Of a DNA stretch of 64,000 bases, positions 28,331-37,726 are shown in pieces (position 1 is the stretch's first letter; each line of letters starts with the position of its first letter). This DNA comes from Bacteroidales bacterium (GTDB lineage: Bacteria; Bacteroidota; Bacteroidia; Bacteroidales; WCHB1-69). The notes under the pieces were generated by a model. That model did not search any database. It was not told the DNA's origin and saw nothing but the letters and a program-made list of their open reading frames with translations. The DNA is taken from contig JAIKWD010000033.1 of assembly GCA_024685175.1 (NCBI GenBank), positions 48,123 to 112,122 on the forward strand, read 5' to 3'. Position numbers and translations under genes: made by a program.

Positions 28331-29491
28331 ATGATTTACTTAGACAATTCAGCGACATCATTTCCAAAACCTGTCGAGGTTTATGACTTTATGGACAACT
28401 TCTACCGCACTCACGGCGTGAGTCCGGGTCGTGCCGGCTATGATGCAGGCATCGAGACGGGCGAGTTGCTCACCGACACCCGCCGTATGCTGTCCAGCCT
28501 CTTCAACGGAGGTGCCAAGGTCGACGAGCGCCGACTGACCTTCAGTTACAACGCCACCGACTCCTTGAACATCCTGATTCAGGGCCTTGCCCAAAAGGGC
28601 AGTCACGTCATTACCACGATGTTGGAGCACAACTCCGTGCTTCGTCCGTTGTACTGCTTGGAGCAGGCCGGCATAATCGAGGTTACCTACCTGCCTTTCG
28701 ACGAGGCGGGCTATGTGCATCCCGACGACTTCAAGAAGGCCATCAAGTCCAACACCAAAATGGTGGTCTGCACGCAGTGTTCCAACGTGATTGGCACGGT
28801 GCAACCCATCAAGGAGATCGGCAAGGTCTGCAAAGAGAACGGTCTCATCTTCGTGGTGGACGGCAGCCAAGGCGCCGGAGCCGTGGAGATGAACATGTTG
28901 GATTATGGTGTTGACGCATACGCCTTCACGGGCCACAAGTGCCTGATGGGACCCACCGGCATTGGTGGTTCCTACGTGGCCGACGGCGTGGAAGTGCGCC
29001 AAACCCGCTTCGGCGGCACGGGCGTGCGTTCCGCCGTGCGTACACACCTCGACGAGTATCCCTACCGTCTGGAAGCCGGCACGATGAATATGCTCGGCAT
29101 CAGCGGTCTATACAGAGGCGTCAAGTGGATTATGGAGAAAGGCATCCAGAACATCCACGACCAGGAGATGAGGTTGTGGAAGAAACTCCGCGACGGTCTC
29201 CGCGAGATCGAAGGTGTCACCGTATATTGCGCCACCAGCGTAGAGAACCAGAACCCTGTGCTCTCCATCAACGTCAAGGGCTTCGAGGCAATGGATGTGG
29301 GCACAATGTTGGATGTTGACTACGACATCGCTTGCCGTACCGGTCTGCAGTGCGCCCCGCTGGTACACGAAGGTATCGGCACGTTGAAAGTGGACGGCAC
29401 CGTGCGTCTCAGCATCGGCGCCTTCAACACCGAGGCCGAAATCGACACCTGCATCAACGCAGTCAAGGAAATCGCAGCCCTGAAAAACTAA
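28331..29491 (+). CDS. class V aminotransferase, cysteine desulfurase family
   Basis: YLDNSATSFPKP, EHNSV, FTGHK (PLP Lys), EAGT, RTGLQCAP. Confidence 0.88.
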   Translation: MIYLDNSATSFPKPVEVYDFMDNFYRTHGVSPGRAGYDAGIETGELLTDTRRMLSSLFNGGAKVDERRLTFSYNATDSLNILIQGLAQKGSHVITTMLEHNSVLRPLYCLEQAGIIEVTYLPFDEAGYVHPDDFKKAIKSNTKMVVCTQCSNVIGTVQPIKEIGKVCKENGLIFVVDGSQGAGAVEMNMLDYGVDAYAFTGHKCLMGPTGIGGSYVADGVEVRQTRFGGTGVRSAVRTHLDEYPYRLEAGTMNMLGISGLYRGVKWIMEKGIQNIHDQEMRLWKKLRDGLREIEGVTVYCATSVENQNPVLSINVKGFEAMDVGTMLDVDYDIACRTGLQCAPLVHEGIGTLKVDGTVRLSIGAFNTEAEIDTCINAVKEIAALKN

Positions 29492-29497
29492 GCTCCC

Positions 29498-30442
29498 TTG
29501 AACTCCCCCAACAGAAAATGGGTCGGGCACATCGCAGCCTTGGCGGTGTATGTCATCTTCGGCATCAACCCCAACTGCACCAAGGCCGTGGTCCCGCAAT
29601 ACATATCCCCTGAAATGTTCACCGCCGTGCGAATGCTATTTGGCACGGCGGCTTTTTGGTTATTGGACCTCATCGTTTTTGTACGTGGGCATCGCGCGGG
29701 CATATCGCGCCCGCGGGTAAGCTGGCGCGATATGGGCGTCTTCGCCTTCGGCGGTTTTATGCTCGCCGGCACGCTTATCGCCTTTTCGGAAGCATTCCGC
29801 TACACGTCGCCCAGCTATGTGTCGCTCATCTCCGCCACCAGCCCCCTGATCGTGATGTTGATGGCCGCCGTATTCCTCAAGGAGCCCATCTCCGTCCGCA
29901 AGTCGCTGGGCGTCTTCATCGGCATCGGAGGGGCCTTGATGATCGTCCTGTTTTCGTGGCGTATCGACGCGAATGCGCAGCCCCTGGGACTGTTCCTATG
30001 CTTTGTCAACATCTTGTTCTACGCAGGCTATCTCGTGCTCACGCGGGGCATCTCGCAGCGTTACGGTCCTATCACGATGATGAAGTGGATATTCCTATAC
30101 GGCAGTCTCATCTGCGTGCCCGCGGGCTTGCCTTTCCTCTCGGCGGAAAGTTGTCTCCTACTCCTCGGCCACGCGCCGACCAGCGCTTATCTCAACCTCT
30201 TCACGGTGCTCATCTTCGCCACGGTGGTCTCCTATTTCCTGCTGCCCGTGAGTCTGAGGTATATCCGTCCCACCACGGTGAGTATGTACAGCAACCTGCA
30301 ACCCCTGGTCACCGCCTGCGTGGCCATCGCCTTCGGACAAGACATCTTCACCTGGAACAAGCCCGTCGCCTTCGTGCTCATCGCTATAGGCGTGTACCTG
30401 GTGACGACAAGCAGAGCAAAGGGGGATGAGAGATGTTCTTAA
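29498..30442 (+). CDS. DMT/EamA family transporter
   Basis: 10 TM segments, two EamA halves (FLKEPIS; YSNLQP); TTG start uncertain. Confidence 0.85.
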   Translation: MNSPNRKWVGHIAALAVYVIFGINPNCTKAVVPQYISPEMFTAVRMLFGTAAFWLLDLIVFVRGHRAGISRPRVSWRDMGVFAFGGFMLAGTLIAFSEAFRYTSPSYVSLISATSPLIVMLMAAVFLKEPISVRKSLGVFIGIGGALMIVLFSWRIDANAQPLGLFLCFVNILFYAGYLVLTRGISQRYGPITMMKWIFLYGSLICVPAGLPFLSAESCLLLLGHAPTSAYLNLFTVLIFATVVSYFLLPVSLRYIRPTTVSMYSNLQPLVTACVAIAFGQDIFTWNKPVAFVLIAIGVYLVTTSRAKGDERCS

Positions 30443-30445
30443 AAC

Positions 30446-30487
30446 GTTTATCGTAAATCGATTATCGATTATCGTTCATCGATTATC
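30446..30487. repeat. degenerate heptamer tract ATTATCG x6
   Basis: tttatcg taaatcg attatcg attatcg ttcatcg attatca. Confidence 0.8.
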
Positions 30488-30524
30488 AAAAAAAGGAAGA
30501 GACCTCACGGTCTCTTCCTTTTTT
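30488..30524. terminator. bidirectional rho-independent terminator
   Basis: AAAAAAAGGAAGAGACC-tcac-GGTCTCTTCCTTTTTT perfect hairpin between the convergent EamA gene and tRNA. Confidence 0.88.
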
Positions 30525-30527
30525 CCG

Positions 30528-30602
30528 TGGGTCGTATTGGATTTGAACCAATGACCTCTGCCGTGTGAAAGCAGCGCTCTAAACCAACTGAGCTAACGAC
30601 CC
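30528..30602 (-). tRNA. tRNA-Val (CAC)
   Basis: GGGTCGT-TAGCTCAGTTGGTTTAGAGC-GCTGCT-TTCACAC-GGCAG-AGGTC-ATTGGTTCAAATCCAAT-ACGACCC-A; CCA not encoded; -7 box at 30616-30623. Confidence 0.95.
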
Positions 30603-30659
30603 TTAATTGAGGCTGCAAAAATACACTTTTTTCATTATCCCCCGTTCAAAAAAAGTCAA

Positions 30660-30688
30660 AAAAAAACGGCCGCTGTACACGGCCGTTT
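30660..30688 (-). terminator. rho-independent terminator of the 32405-30708 gene
   Basis: minus strand AAACGGCCG-tgtacag-CGGCCGTTTTTTT. Confidence 0.8.
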
Positions 30689-30707
30689 GGATTCCATTGG
30701 TTATGAA

Positions 30708-32405
30708 TTATTTCTTGATAAACTTGGTGGTGACGTTGACCTTGCCGTCGGAGAGACGGAGGAAGTACATTCCGGAGGTCAGGTCATTCACGTCGAGGGT
30801 AACGGCATTACTCGTCACATTCTCAGCGGCAACAACCTCACCATTGACGTTGAAGACGAAGATGTGGTTCATCTGGAACTTGTCATTGGTCACGTTAATG
30901 CGGACATAATCCTCGGCGGGATTCGGGGTGACGGTCACATCGGCGGCGGAGACATAGTTCTCGATGCCGGTGGTGAAGTCGTTCATGCTCCGGGGCACGA
31001 GGTAGTAGCGGAAGCCCCAAGCGGCATCTTGGCTGCCGATTCTAGAAGATGCGTAGCTGAAGCCCGTGATGTTCACCTCGCCGGTCGGGATATCGGCACC
31101 CACGACATTGGCGTCGCGGAAATAGGTTTGGACGGCAGGAGAGGTGACGCCATTCTGCGTAATCTCGTAAGCTTGCGGGGTAGTGAAAGTACCAGTTGCG
31201 GCAAACGTGACGTTATGCAACTTGATGAGTTCGGATTGATGCTGGATCATAAAGTCGGGATCGTCCAGCTGGGCAAGCGTGATGTTCAAGGGGGTGATAA
31301 TGTTGAACGGCGAAACGAAAGTCCCTGGTTGAGTGGGCTGAAATTCGAGAAGTCCGTAATAGTTGGTAAGCTTACCATAGAGGTCCTTGATGTTGTCGCC
31401 GACGTCCAAAGCGCCGATCACGTTGCCCGGGTCATAGATGAGGATGGCGCCCGTGGCGTCTTGGATGATTTTTTGGTTGTTATAAGCGGCTGTGGCGGTC
31501 ACGGTAACCTCACCGGTAAGTTTGTATTCCACCATGCTGGTATCGTAAACAAGGTCCACGCAAGAGAGTTTGCTTCTCAACTCAGCGATGTTTGCCACCT
31601 GGAATTCAGGGCTCACGCCATAGGTGAAGGCGAACGTGTCAGCCACGATGACATTGCCGGCGGTATCGGCCACATTGTTGACGACAAGCGTGTAGTCAAG
31701 GCCTTCCGTCATGGCAGGAGACAGGGTCAGGGTGACCTCACTACCATTGAGGGCGGCGGCGGTAACGTTGATATTGTTGTCAAGCGAATAGTTGGCGGCT
31801 GTCTGAGCGGAGGTGGCGTCCAACAGTTCGTTGAAGGTCACCGCCAATATGTTGGCGTTAGGATTCACGGCAGTCACGAACGGAGCAATGGTGTCGGGGC
31901 CAGCGGCCTGGGAGATGACGACAACATTGTCAATGAAGAAACGAGCGTTGCCTGCCTGCACAGCTTCAAACTTGATGGTGGTGGTTGAAGTGCCGCCGTT
32001 AAGTTCGAGACTATAGTGCTCAAAGACGCCGTTTTCACTGTTCGGCATATTGGTCACCGTATATTGCACATCGTTGACGAACACGTTGAGACTGGACTGG
32101 TCGTTTTTCCAACGCATAGCATCGAAGTTGAGAATGAACTGGCCACCATTGTCGGAGAGGTCGAGGACGGGAGTCTTCAGCCAACCTTTTACGGAAGAAG
32201 TACCCAATTTGACTTTGCCATTTGCCGGATATGCTTTTTCATAAGTCCAGCCAGGCATGGAAGTAACTGAGTCCATACCGCCTGTAGCATATGCGTAACC
32301 AGTACTGTCCGTAATAGCGGAAAAGTCCTCGCTAAGGATCACGGTTTGTGCGGAGAGTCCCATAACAGCGCACAAAACCAAGCTTAAGAAGAAAAATTTT
32401 TTCAT
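30708..32405 (-). CDS. T9SS type A CTD protein with jelly-roll-like, Ig-like (Big_5) and OB-fold-like domains
   Basis: signal ...LSA-Q; DTIAPFVTAV..VTFNELLD; IQDATGAILIYD; C-terminal TPNPAEDY...SGMYFLRL...TTKFIKK. Confidence 0.85.
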   Translation of the reverse strand: MKKFFFLSLVLCAVMGLSAQTVILSEDFSAITDSTGYAYATGGMDSVTSMPGWTYEKAYPANGKVKLGTSSVKGWLKTPVLDLSDNGGQFILNFDAMRWKNDQSSLNVFVNDVQYTVTNMPNSENGVFEHYSLELNGGTSTTTIKFEAVQAGNARFFIDNVVVISQAAGPDTIAPFVTAVNPNANILAVTFNELLDATSAQTAANYSLDNNINVTAAALNGSEVTLTLSPAMTEGLDYTLVVNNVADTAGNVIVADTFAFTYGVSPEFQVANIAELRSKLSCVDLVYDTSMVEYKLTGEVTVTATAAYNNQKIIQDATGAILIYDPGNVIGALDVGDNIKDLYGKLTNYYGLLEFQPTQPGTFVSPFNIITPLNITLAQLDDPDFMIQHQSELIKLHNVTFAATGTFTTPQAYEITQNGVTSPAVQTYFRDANVVGADIPTGEVNITGFSYASSRIGSQDAAWGFRYYLVPRSMNDFTTGIENYVSAADVTVTPNPAEDYVRINVTNDKFQMNHIFVFNVNGEVVAAENVTSNAVTLDVNDLTSGMYFLRLSDGKVNVTTKFIKK

Positions 32406-32555
32406 TGTTGTGTGGATTTATAATTAACTTATGATTGTTAACAAATGAGGTTGCGAAAATACAAAAAATTCAATTAGTTTATCCTTAAAATTATTTAATG
32501 AAAAGAATGCAATATTCATTATTTTTGCACGTTTTAAAAGTCTAAAATTGTCTGT

Positions 32556-33485
32556 ATGAGAAAATACTTATACTTAGTGCTATCATGCATAATTTTCTTG
32601 TTTTCTTCATGTAAAGAGCCCGACCTTAGGGCAGCATATTTGCAAATCGACTTGGAAGACGTCAACAACTGCGTGGACGTGACCGATTTCAACGAGACAC
32701 ATGCCTTGAATTACGATGCCGAGCAGCTGGCTTCTTTGCAGCAGCATAATTTCACGCACGTTAACCTGTACGTGAACGGCCGCAACTTGGGTTGTTGGCA
32801 ACTCCCCTGCAAAGTACCCATCCTTGGCACCTCATCTACCGACTCAACGGACGTAGTTATTTTACCCTGTTTCCGCAAGACGGGTATGGCCAATACAGTA
32901 CAAGGATATCCCTTCTTCAATGTCTTGCAGAAAAGACTTCCTTTGCGTCCCGGCGAGACCTACGACCTCAGCCAGAACCCCTTGGTGTATGTATATAGTC
33001 CAATCGCCCACTTCCCGTACCTTGAGACATTCAACAACAGTTCCTCATTTACGCCCAACGACAGTTCTTCCAGTTCTCTAAGCTTCCAACCGACAATAAT
33101 TGACGGACGAAGTGTGGGAGCTATTACGCTGAACGATGGTAACGGGCAACATTTCATTGTTGAATCCACGCCTGTCACTCTGCCCACTCGCAACTATTTT
33201 GTTTATCTTGAGGTGACATACAAGACTGAAGCCAACATTGAAATAGGATTGAAAATCTCGACAGGCGCCCATGCCAACACGGTTCATCCTGTCGGCGGCA
33301 TATATTCTTCCGATGGCGAATGGAAGACCATATATTTTGACCTGGCCTCCATCATCACTTCGTACAACTATACGGGAGCCGCCGTCACCAACGCCATCCT
33401 CGATTTGGAAGGCAGTGGCGAAAAAGGCAAAGAAACGCACTTCTACATCGACAACATCAAAATAATCTACGAACCGAGCGTATAG
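32556..33485 (+). CDS. hypothetical lipoprotein
   Basis: FSS-C lipobox; C-terminal FYIDNIKII; -7 box at 32520-32527. Confidence 0.8.
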   Translation: MRKYLYLVLSCIIFLFSSCKEPDLRAAYLQIDLEDVNNCVDVTDFNETHALNYDAEQLASLQQHNFTHVNLYVNGRNLGCWQLPCKVPILGTSSTDSTDVVILPCFRKTGMANTVQGYPFFNVLQKRLPLRPGETYDLSQNPLVYVYSPIAHFPYLETFNNSSSFTPNDSSSSSLSFQPTIIDGRSVGAITLNDGNGQHFIVESTPVTLPTRNYFVYLEVTYKTEANIEIGLKISTGAHANTVHPVGGIYSSDGEWKTIYFDLASIITSYNYTGAAVTNAILDLEGSGEKGKETHFYIDNIKIIYEPSV

Positions 33486-33491
33486 TACCTC

Positions 33492-34913
33492 ATGAACAAA
33501 AAAAGACTCACTGCACTATACATACTCTTCGATGCCCTAGCTTCCATCATCACATGGATATGCTTTTATTTTTACAGAAAGCACGTGGGCGAATCCCTCG
33601 GCTTTTCCGATGTGTTGAGCAATATATCTCATGATCCTAAATTCTTTTGGGGTTTGATTTTAGCCCCAGCTTATTGGATCTTCCTCCACGCCTTTGTGGG
33701 ATATTACAACAAAATTTACCGCAAGTCTCGTCTTTCTGAGTTAGGCACCACTTTTGCCGTAACTCTCGTAGGTGTGCTGCTCTTCTTTTTCTTCTTCATC
33801 CTCGATGATATCGTAACTGCTCCGAAAGACTACGTAAGGTACATGTTGTTCTTGTTTTTCTGGCAATTCATCTTAACCTACATACCTCGAGTCTGCATCA
33901 CCACTCATGTCAGTCGACAAATCCACAACGGCAAGATTGGCTTCAACACAATCATCGTCGGTTGCGACGAGGAGGCTGCACAAGTATACGCCACTCTGTT
34001 AAACATGACGCCAAGTCCAGGTAATTTCCTCATCGGCTATGTTAAAGTCGAATCCGAGGAGCCCGATTCTTTAGAAGGTCAGCTTCCCTGCTTGGGCGAC
34101 ATTGGACGACTGGAGGACATCATCCGAGAGCACCATATTGAAGAGCTCATCATTGCTCTCCATAACGGCCAGCGCAAGTACTTGGACAAAATCGTGCTGC
34201 TCGCCCGCGACAATCGTAAGTTGACACTCAGCATGACTCCCAAGATGCAGGATTTGCTGATGGGAAAGGTCAAGACTTCCTCTGTGTTATACGAGCCGTT
34301 GATTTCCATCACCCCAGAGTATCTGCCTTCATGGCAGCGTTTCGTCAAGCGAGGTTTGGACATTCTGTTTTCTGCCATCGCGCTCATCCTGCTTTCACCT
34401 CTTTATCTATTTTTGGCTATTGGCGTCAAGCTTTCTTCGCCCGGCCCCGTATTTTATAAGCAAGAACGTATAGGATACCACGGCAAACCATTCAACATTA
34501 TCAAGTTCCGTTCCATGCGCACGGACGCCGAGCTGACCGGCCCTGCCCTTTCATCCAAAGACGACCCCCGTATCACGCCCTTCGGCAAGTTCATGCGCCA
34601 ATATCGTCTCGACGAAACCCCGCAGTTTTTCAATGTACTCATCGGCGACATGTCCCTTGTCGGCCCTCGTCCCGAGCGGCAGTACTACATCGACCAGATC
34701 GTAGAGCGCGCCCCCTACTACCCACTCCTGCAAGGCATCCGTCCTGGCATCACATCATGGGGCCAAGTACGCTTTGGGTACGCCGAGAATGTGGACGAGA
34801 TGCTCGAGCGTCTAAAATGGGACATGCTCTATATAGAGAACATGTCCCTCCAGATGGACATCAAGATCCTTATTTATACCATTCTTATCGTACTCAAAAA
34901 AGACGGCAAATAA
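33492..34913 (+). CDS. polyprenyl-phosphate glycosylphosphotransferase (WcaJ/WbaP-like sugar transferase)
   Basis: KRGLDI, KFRSM, DDPRIT, RLDETPQFFNVL.GDMSLVGPRPE, PGITSWGQV. Confidence 0.93.
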   Translation: MNKKRLTALYILFDALASIITWICFYFYRKHVGESLGFSDVLSNISHDPKFFWGLILAPAYWIFLHAFVGYYNKIYRKSRLSELGTTFAVTLVGVLLFFFFFILDDIVTAPKDYVRYMLFLFFWQFILTYIPRVCITTHVSRQIHNGKIGFNTIIVGCDEEAAQVYATLLNMTPSPGNFLIGYVKVESEEPDSLEGQLPCLGDIGRLEDIIREHHIEELIIALHNGQRKYLDKIVLLARDNRKLTLSMTPKMQDLLMGKVKTSSVLYEPLISITPEYLPSWQRFVKRGLDILFSAIALILLSPLYLFLAIGVKLSSPGPVFYKQERIGYHGKPFNIIKFRSMRTDAELTGPALSSKDDPRITPFGKFMRQYRLDETPQFFNVLIGDMSLVGPRPERQYYIDQIVERAPYYPLLQGIRPGITSWGQVRFGYAENVDEMLERLKWDMLYIENMSLQMDIKILIYTILIVLKKDGK

Positions 34914-34993
34914 AAACGACTTCTTACCAAGGAATTGTAGTGTGTAAAAATTACACAAAAAAAATGTATATTTGCGCCACTTAACACACTGCT

Positions 34994-36109
34994 ATGACGA
35001 TCAAGGAAGTTACCACCCCTAAAGACTTGAAAGCGTTTGTGCGCTTTCCTAAGGAACTATACGCCGATTGTCCCTATTTCGTTCCCCCATTGGAAAAGGG
35101 GGAAATTGAGACGATGACCCAACACCCCGCCCTTTCCTTTTGCGATGCCAAGTATTGGCTCGCCTATCGCGACGGCCGCATCGTAGGCCGCATCGGCGGC
35201 GTGGTGAACCACAAATGCAATGAACTCAAGGGCCAGAAACGCGTGCGCTTCGGATGGTTCGACGTAATCGACGACCTGGAGGTGGCTCGCGCCCTTATCG
35301 ACACCGTCGAGCAATGGGGACGCGAGAAGGGGATGACCGAAATCAGCGGCCCCTCCCGCTTTTCCAATATGGAAAAACAGGCCTTGCTGGTGGATGGGTT
35401 TGATAACACCCCCTCCATTGGCTCCGACTACAACTATCCCTACTACCCTACCCTTTTGGAACAACTGGGGTTCGTCAAAGAGGTGGACTACATCCAATAC
35501 AAAGTGCCCGTAGGGAACAAGGTCCCCGAAAAGATCAAACGTCTTTCCGAACTGCTCTCCAAAAAATACAACATACACCTTCGTCATTTCAGCAAGAAGA
35601 AAGAGCTCAAGGAATCGGGCAAGGAGTTCTTCCACGTCTTGAACGAAAGTTACATCCATATCTACAACTTCATTCCGCTGACGGAAGAGGAAATCGACTG
35701 GGCGGTGGACCACAACTTCCAGGTGGCCAACGTGGAGTTGTCCTCGATGTTGGAAAACGGGGAGGGCCATTTGGTCGGTTTTGCCTTCAGTCTACCCTCG
35801 TTGAGCGAGGCCTACAAAAAAGCCAAAGGCAGTCTCTTCCCGTTCGGTTGGATCCACATTTTACGAGCCTTGAAGAAGAACAAGAGTGTGGACATGTACC
35901 TCACCGGGGTGTTGCCGCAGTACTACCACAGCGGCATTCACGTCATCTATCACCAGCAGTTGCACGAGGCGTTCATCAAGCACGGCTTCGAGTACGCCTA
36001 CACGTCCCAGCAATTGGAAAACAACACGGCGGCGCGCATCTGGCCCAAATACGGTGGCGAAATCATCGCTCGGAAGCGTTGCTACAAGAAATCATTGACC
36101 CATGAATAA
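34994..36109 (+). CDS. YghO-like GNAT N-acyltransferase (bacterial ceramide synthase family-like)
   Basis: FVRFPKELY...VPPL, VGRIGG, RFGWFDVIDD, YNYPYY, GSLFPFGW; -7 box at 34967-34974. Confidence 0.78.
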   Translation: MTIKEVTTPKDLKAFVRFPKELYADCPYFVPPLEKGEIETMTQHPALSFCDAKYWLAYRDGRIVGRIGGVVNHKCNELKGQKRVRFGWFDVIDDLEVARALIDTVEQWGREKGMTEISGPSRFSNMEKQALLVDGFDNTPSIGSDYNYPYYPTLLEQLGFVKEVDYIQYKVPVGNKVPEKIKRLSELLSKKYNIHLRHFSKKKELKESGKEFFHVLNESYIHIYNFIPLTEEEIDWAVDHNFQVANVELSSMLENGEGHLVGFAFSLPSLSEAYKKAKGSLFPFGWIHILRALKKNKSVDMYLTGVLPQYYHSGIHVIYHQQLHEAFIKHGFEYAYTSQQLENNTAARIWPKYGGEIIARKRCYKKSLTHE

Positions 36110-36905
36110 ACAAATCAGCCAAGACAAGTTCCTGCGCTACGCCCTCGTAACAGGCGCGAGCCGTGGGCTGGGCAAGGCCATCGCCCTCGAACTGGCCGCG
36201 CGCGGTATCCCCACCATCCTCACGGGCACCAACGAGCACGTCAAGGAGGTGTGCGAGGAGATCCGCACGTACTACGGCACACCCAGCATCTGCTTCAAAC
36301 TCGACCTCACCGACGTGGGGAACCTCAAGACCGTGGCCGACACCATCAACGCCCAATACCAGGTCTACCTTCTCGTCAACAACGCCGGCGTGGGCGGCAC
36401 CAAAGACTTCGTCAACGCCTCGGACAGATATCTGGCGCATATCGTCGACCTCAACGTGCGAGGCACAGTACTCTTCACCCACCAACTGCTGCCCAACCTG
36501 CTTCGCCAAAAGAGGAGCCACATCCTGAACATCGGCAGTATGGCGGCCCTCTCACCCATTGGCTACAAGACCGTCTACCCCGCCAGCAAGAGCTTCGTGT
36601 TCGCCTTCTCGCTGGCCCTGCGCGAAGAGTTGAAACACACGCCCGTAACCGTGAGCGTGGCCTCGCCCGGCGCAATGGCCACCAACCCCGAGGTGTGCAC
36701 CCGCATCCGCAAACAAGGGTTCCTCGGGCAACTGACCCTTAAGCCGATCGACACCATCGCCCGAAAATGCGTCCGCCAGACACTTAGAGGCAAACGTCAT
36801 ATCATCGTTAATCCGCTCAGCTACTTCGCCTCCTCCATTTTCCCCAACTGTATCAAGACACCTATCCTTACAAATATTGTAAAAAAGGAAATCAAGTACA
36901 AGTGA
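36102..36905 (+). CDS. classical SDR oxidoreductase
   Basis: TGASRGLG, NNAG, YPASK; overlaps the GNAT stop. Confidence 0.88.
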   Translation: MNKQISQDKFLRYALVTGASRGLGKAIALELAARGIPTILTGTNEHVKEVCEEIRTYYGTPSICFKLDLTDVGNLKTVADTINAQYQVYLLVNNAGVGGTKDFVNASDRYLAHIVDLNVRGTVLFTHQLLPNLLRQKRSHILNIGSMAALSPIGYKTVYPASKSFVFAFSLALREELKHTPVTVSVASPGAMATNPEVCTRIRKQGFLGQLTLKPIDTIARKCVRQTLRGKRHIIVNPLSYFASSIFPNCIKTPILTNIVKKEIKYK

Positions 36906-36970
36906 ATATCGTTTTTCTTATTATTTTTGCCTCGATTATTTTCAAATAACCAAATTAAAAAACCAACATT

Positions 36971-37687
36971 ATGATCGAGAACAAAGAAATCAGGGCATCC
37001 GCCCTTCGGGAACTCAAAGGTTTTTGGACGATGCCCGTGCTCGCCACGCTAGTTTACACCATCATCAGTTCCGCGTGCAGTTTTTCCATCACAACACTCA
37101 ATCCAAGCCCTTTCCAGAATAGTTCCGCCATATTGGGGTCCTTTCCGCCGACATTGGTGATTATACTGTCCCTCATTTCTCTGGCCTTGAGCATATTCGT
37201 GCAAATCCCATTGTCTTACGGTTTCGAGTTGTCCTTCCTTCATTTCGTACGGGAAGACAAAGAAGACACCGTGGAAAGAATATTCGATGGGTTCAAAACC
37301 TATGGCAGAGCCCTGGCGGTGGAGCTGTTGGGTCTTCTCTTAGTTATGGTCTTCACGTTATTACTCATCATCCCGGGCATCATCAAGGCATTGGCATATT
37401 CGATGGCGGTCTTTGTGTCCAAGGACCATCCTGAGATGAGTGCGTATGAATGCCTAATGCACAGCGAGGCAATGATGTATGGCCACAAGATGCAACTGTT
37501 CCTGCTATGCTTGAGTTTCATCGGCTGGATCATACTCAGTATCTTCACGCTGGGCATCGGACTCCTATGGCTGATTCCTTATGTGCTGGTCTCGTTAGTC
37601 AAGTTCTACGAGCAGCTGAAGGATGAAATCGAGCCCTCCGACGTACCTGAAACGGAAGCCGTAACCATTCCTGGAGTGACGGAATAG
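36971..37687 (+). CDS. DUF975 family membrane protein
   Basis: LLLIIPGIIKALAYS, SEAMMYGHK..LFLL.LSFIGW..L..FTLGIG.LWL.PY; -7 box at 36922-36929. Confidence 0.88.
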   Translation: MIENKEIRASALRELKGFWTMPVLATLVYTIISSACSFSITTLNPSPFQNSSAILGSFPPTLVIILSLISLALSIFVQIPLSYGFELSFLHFVREDKEDTVERIFDGFKTYGRALAVELLGLLLVMVFTLLLIIPGIIKALAYSMAVFVSKDHPEMSAYECLMHSEAMMYGHKMQLFLLCLSFIGWIILSIFTLGIGLLWLIPYVLVSLVKFYEQLKDEIEPSDVPETEAVTIPGVTE

Positions 37688-37696
37688 CATAAATAT

Positions 37697-37725
37697 AATC
37701 TGCGTGAATCTGCGTAATCCGCGAG
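37697..37725. repeat. short degenerate tandem AATCTGCGT x3
   Basis: aatctgcgtgaatctgcgtaatccgcgag between convergent genes. Confidence 0.65.
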
Positions 37726-37726
37726 C

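Noticed and set aside
30488-30700. tRNA-Val as an integration site for an island or prophage
   Set aside because: No integrase, and I saw no duplicated tRNA 3' end in the window; the flanks are ordinary genes and terminators.
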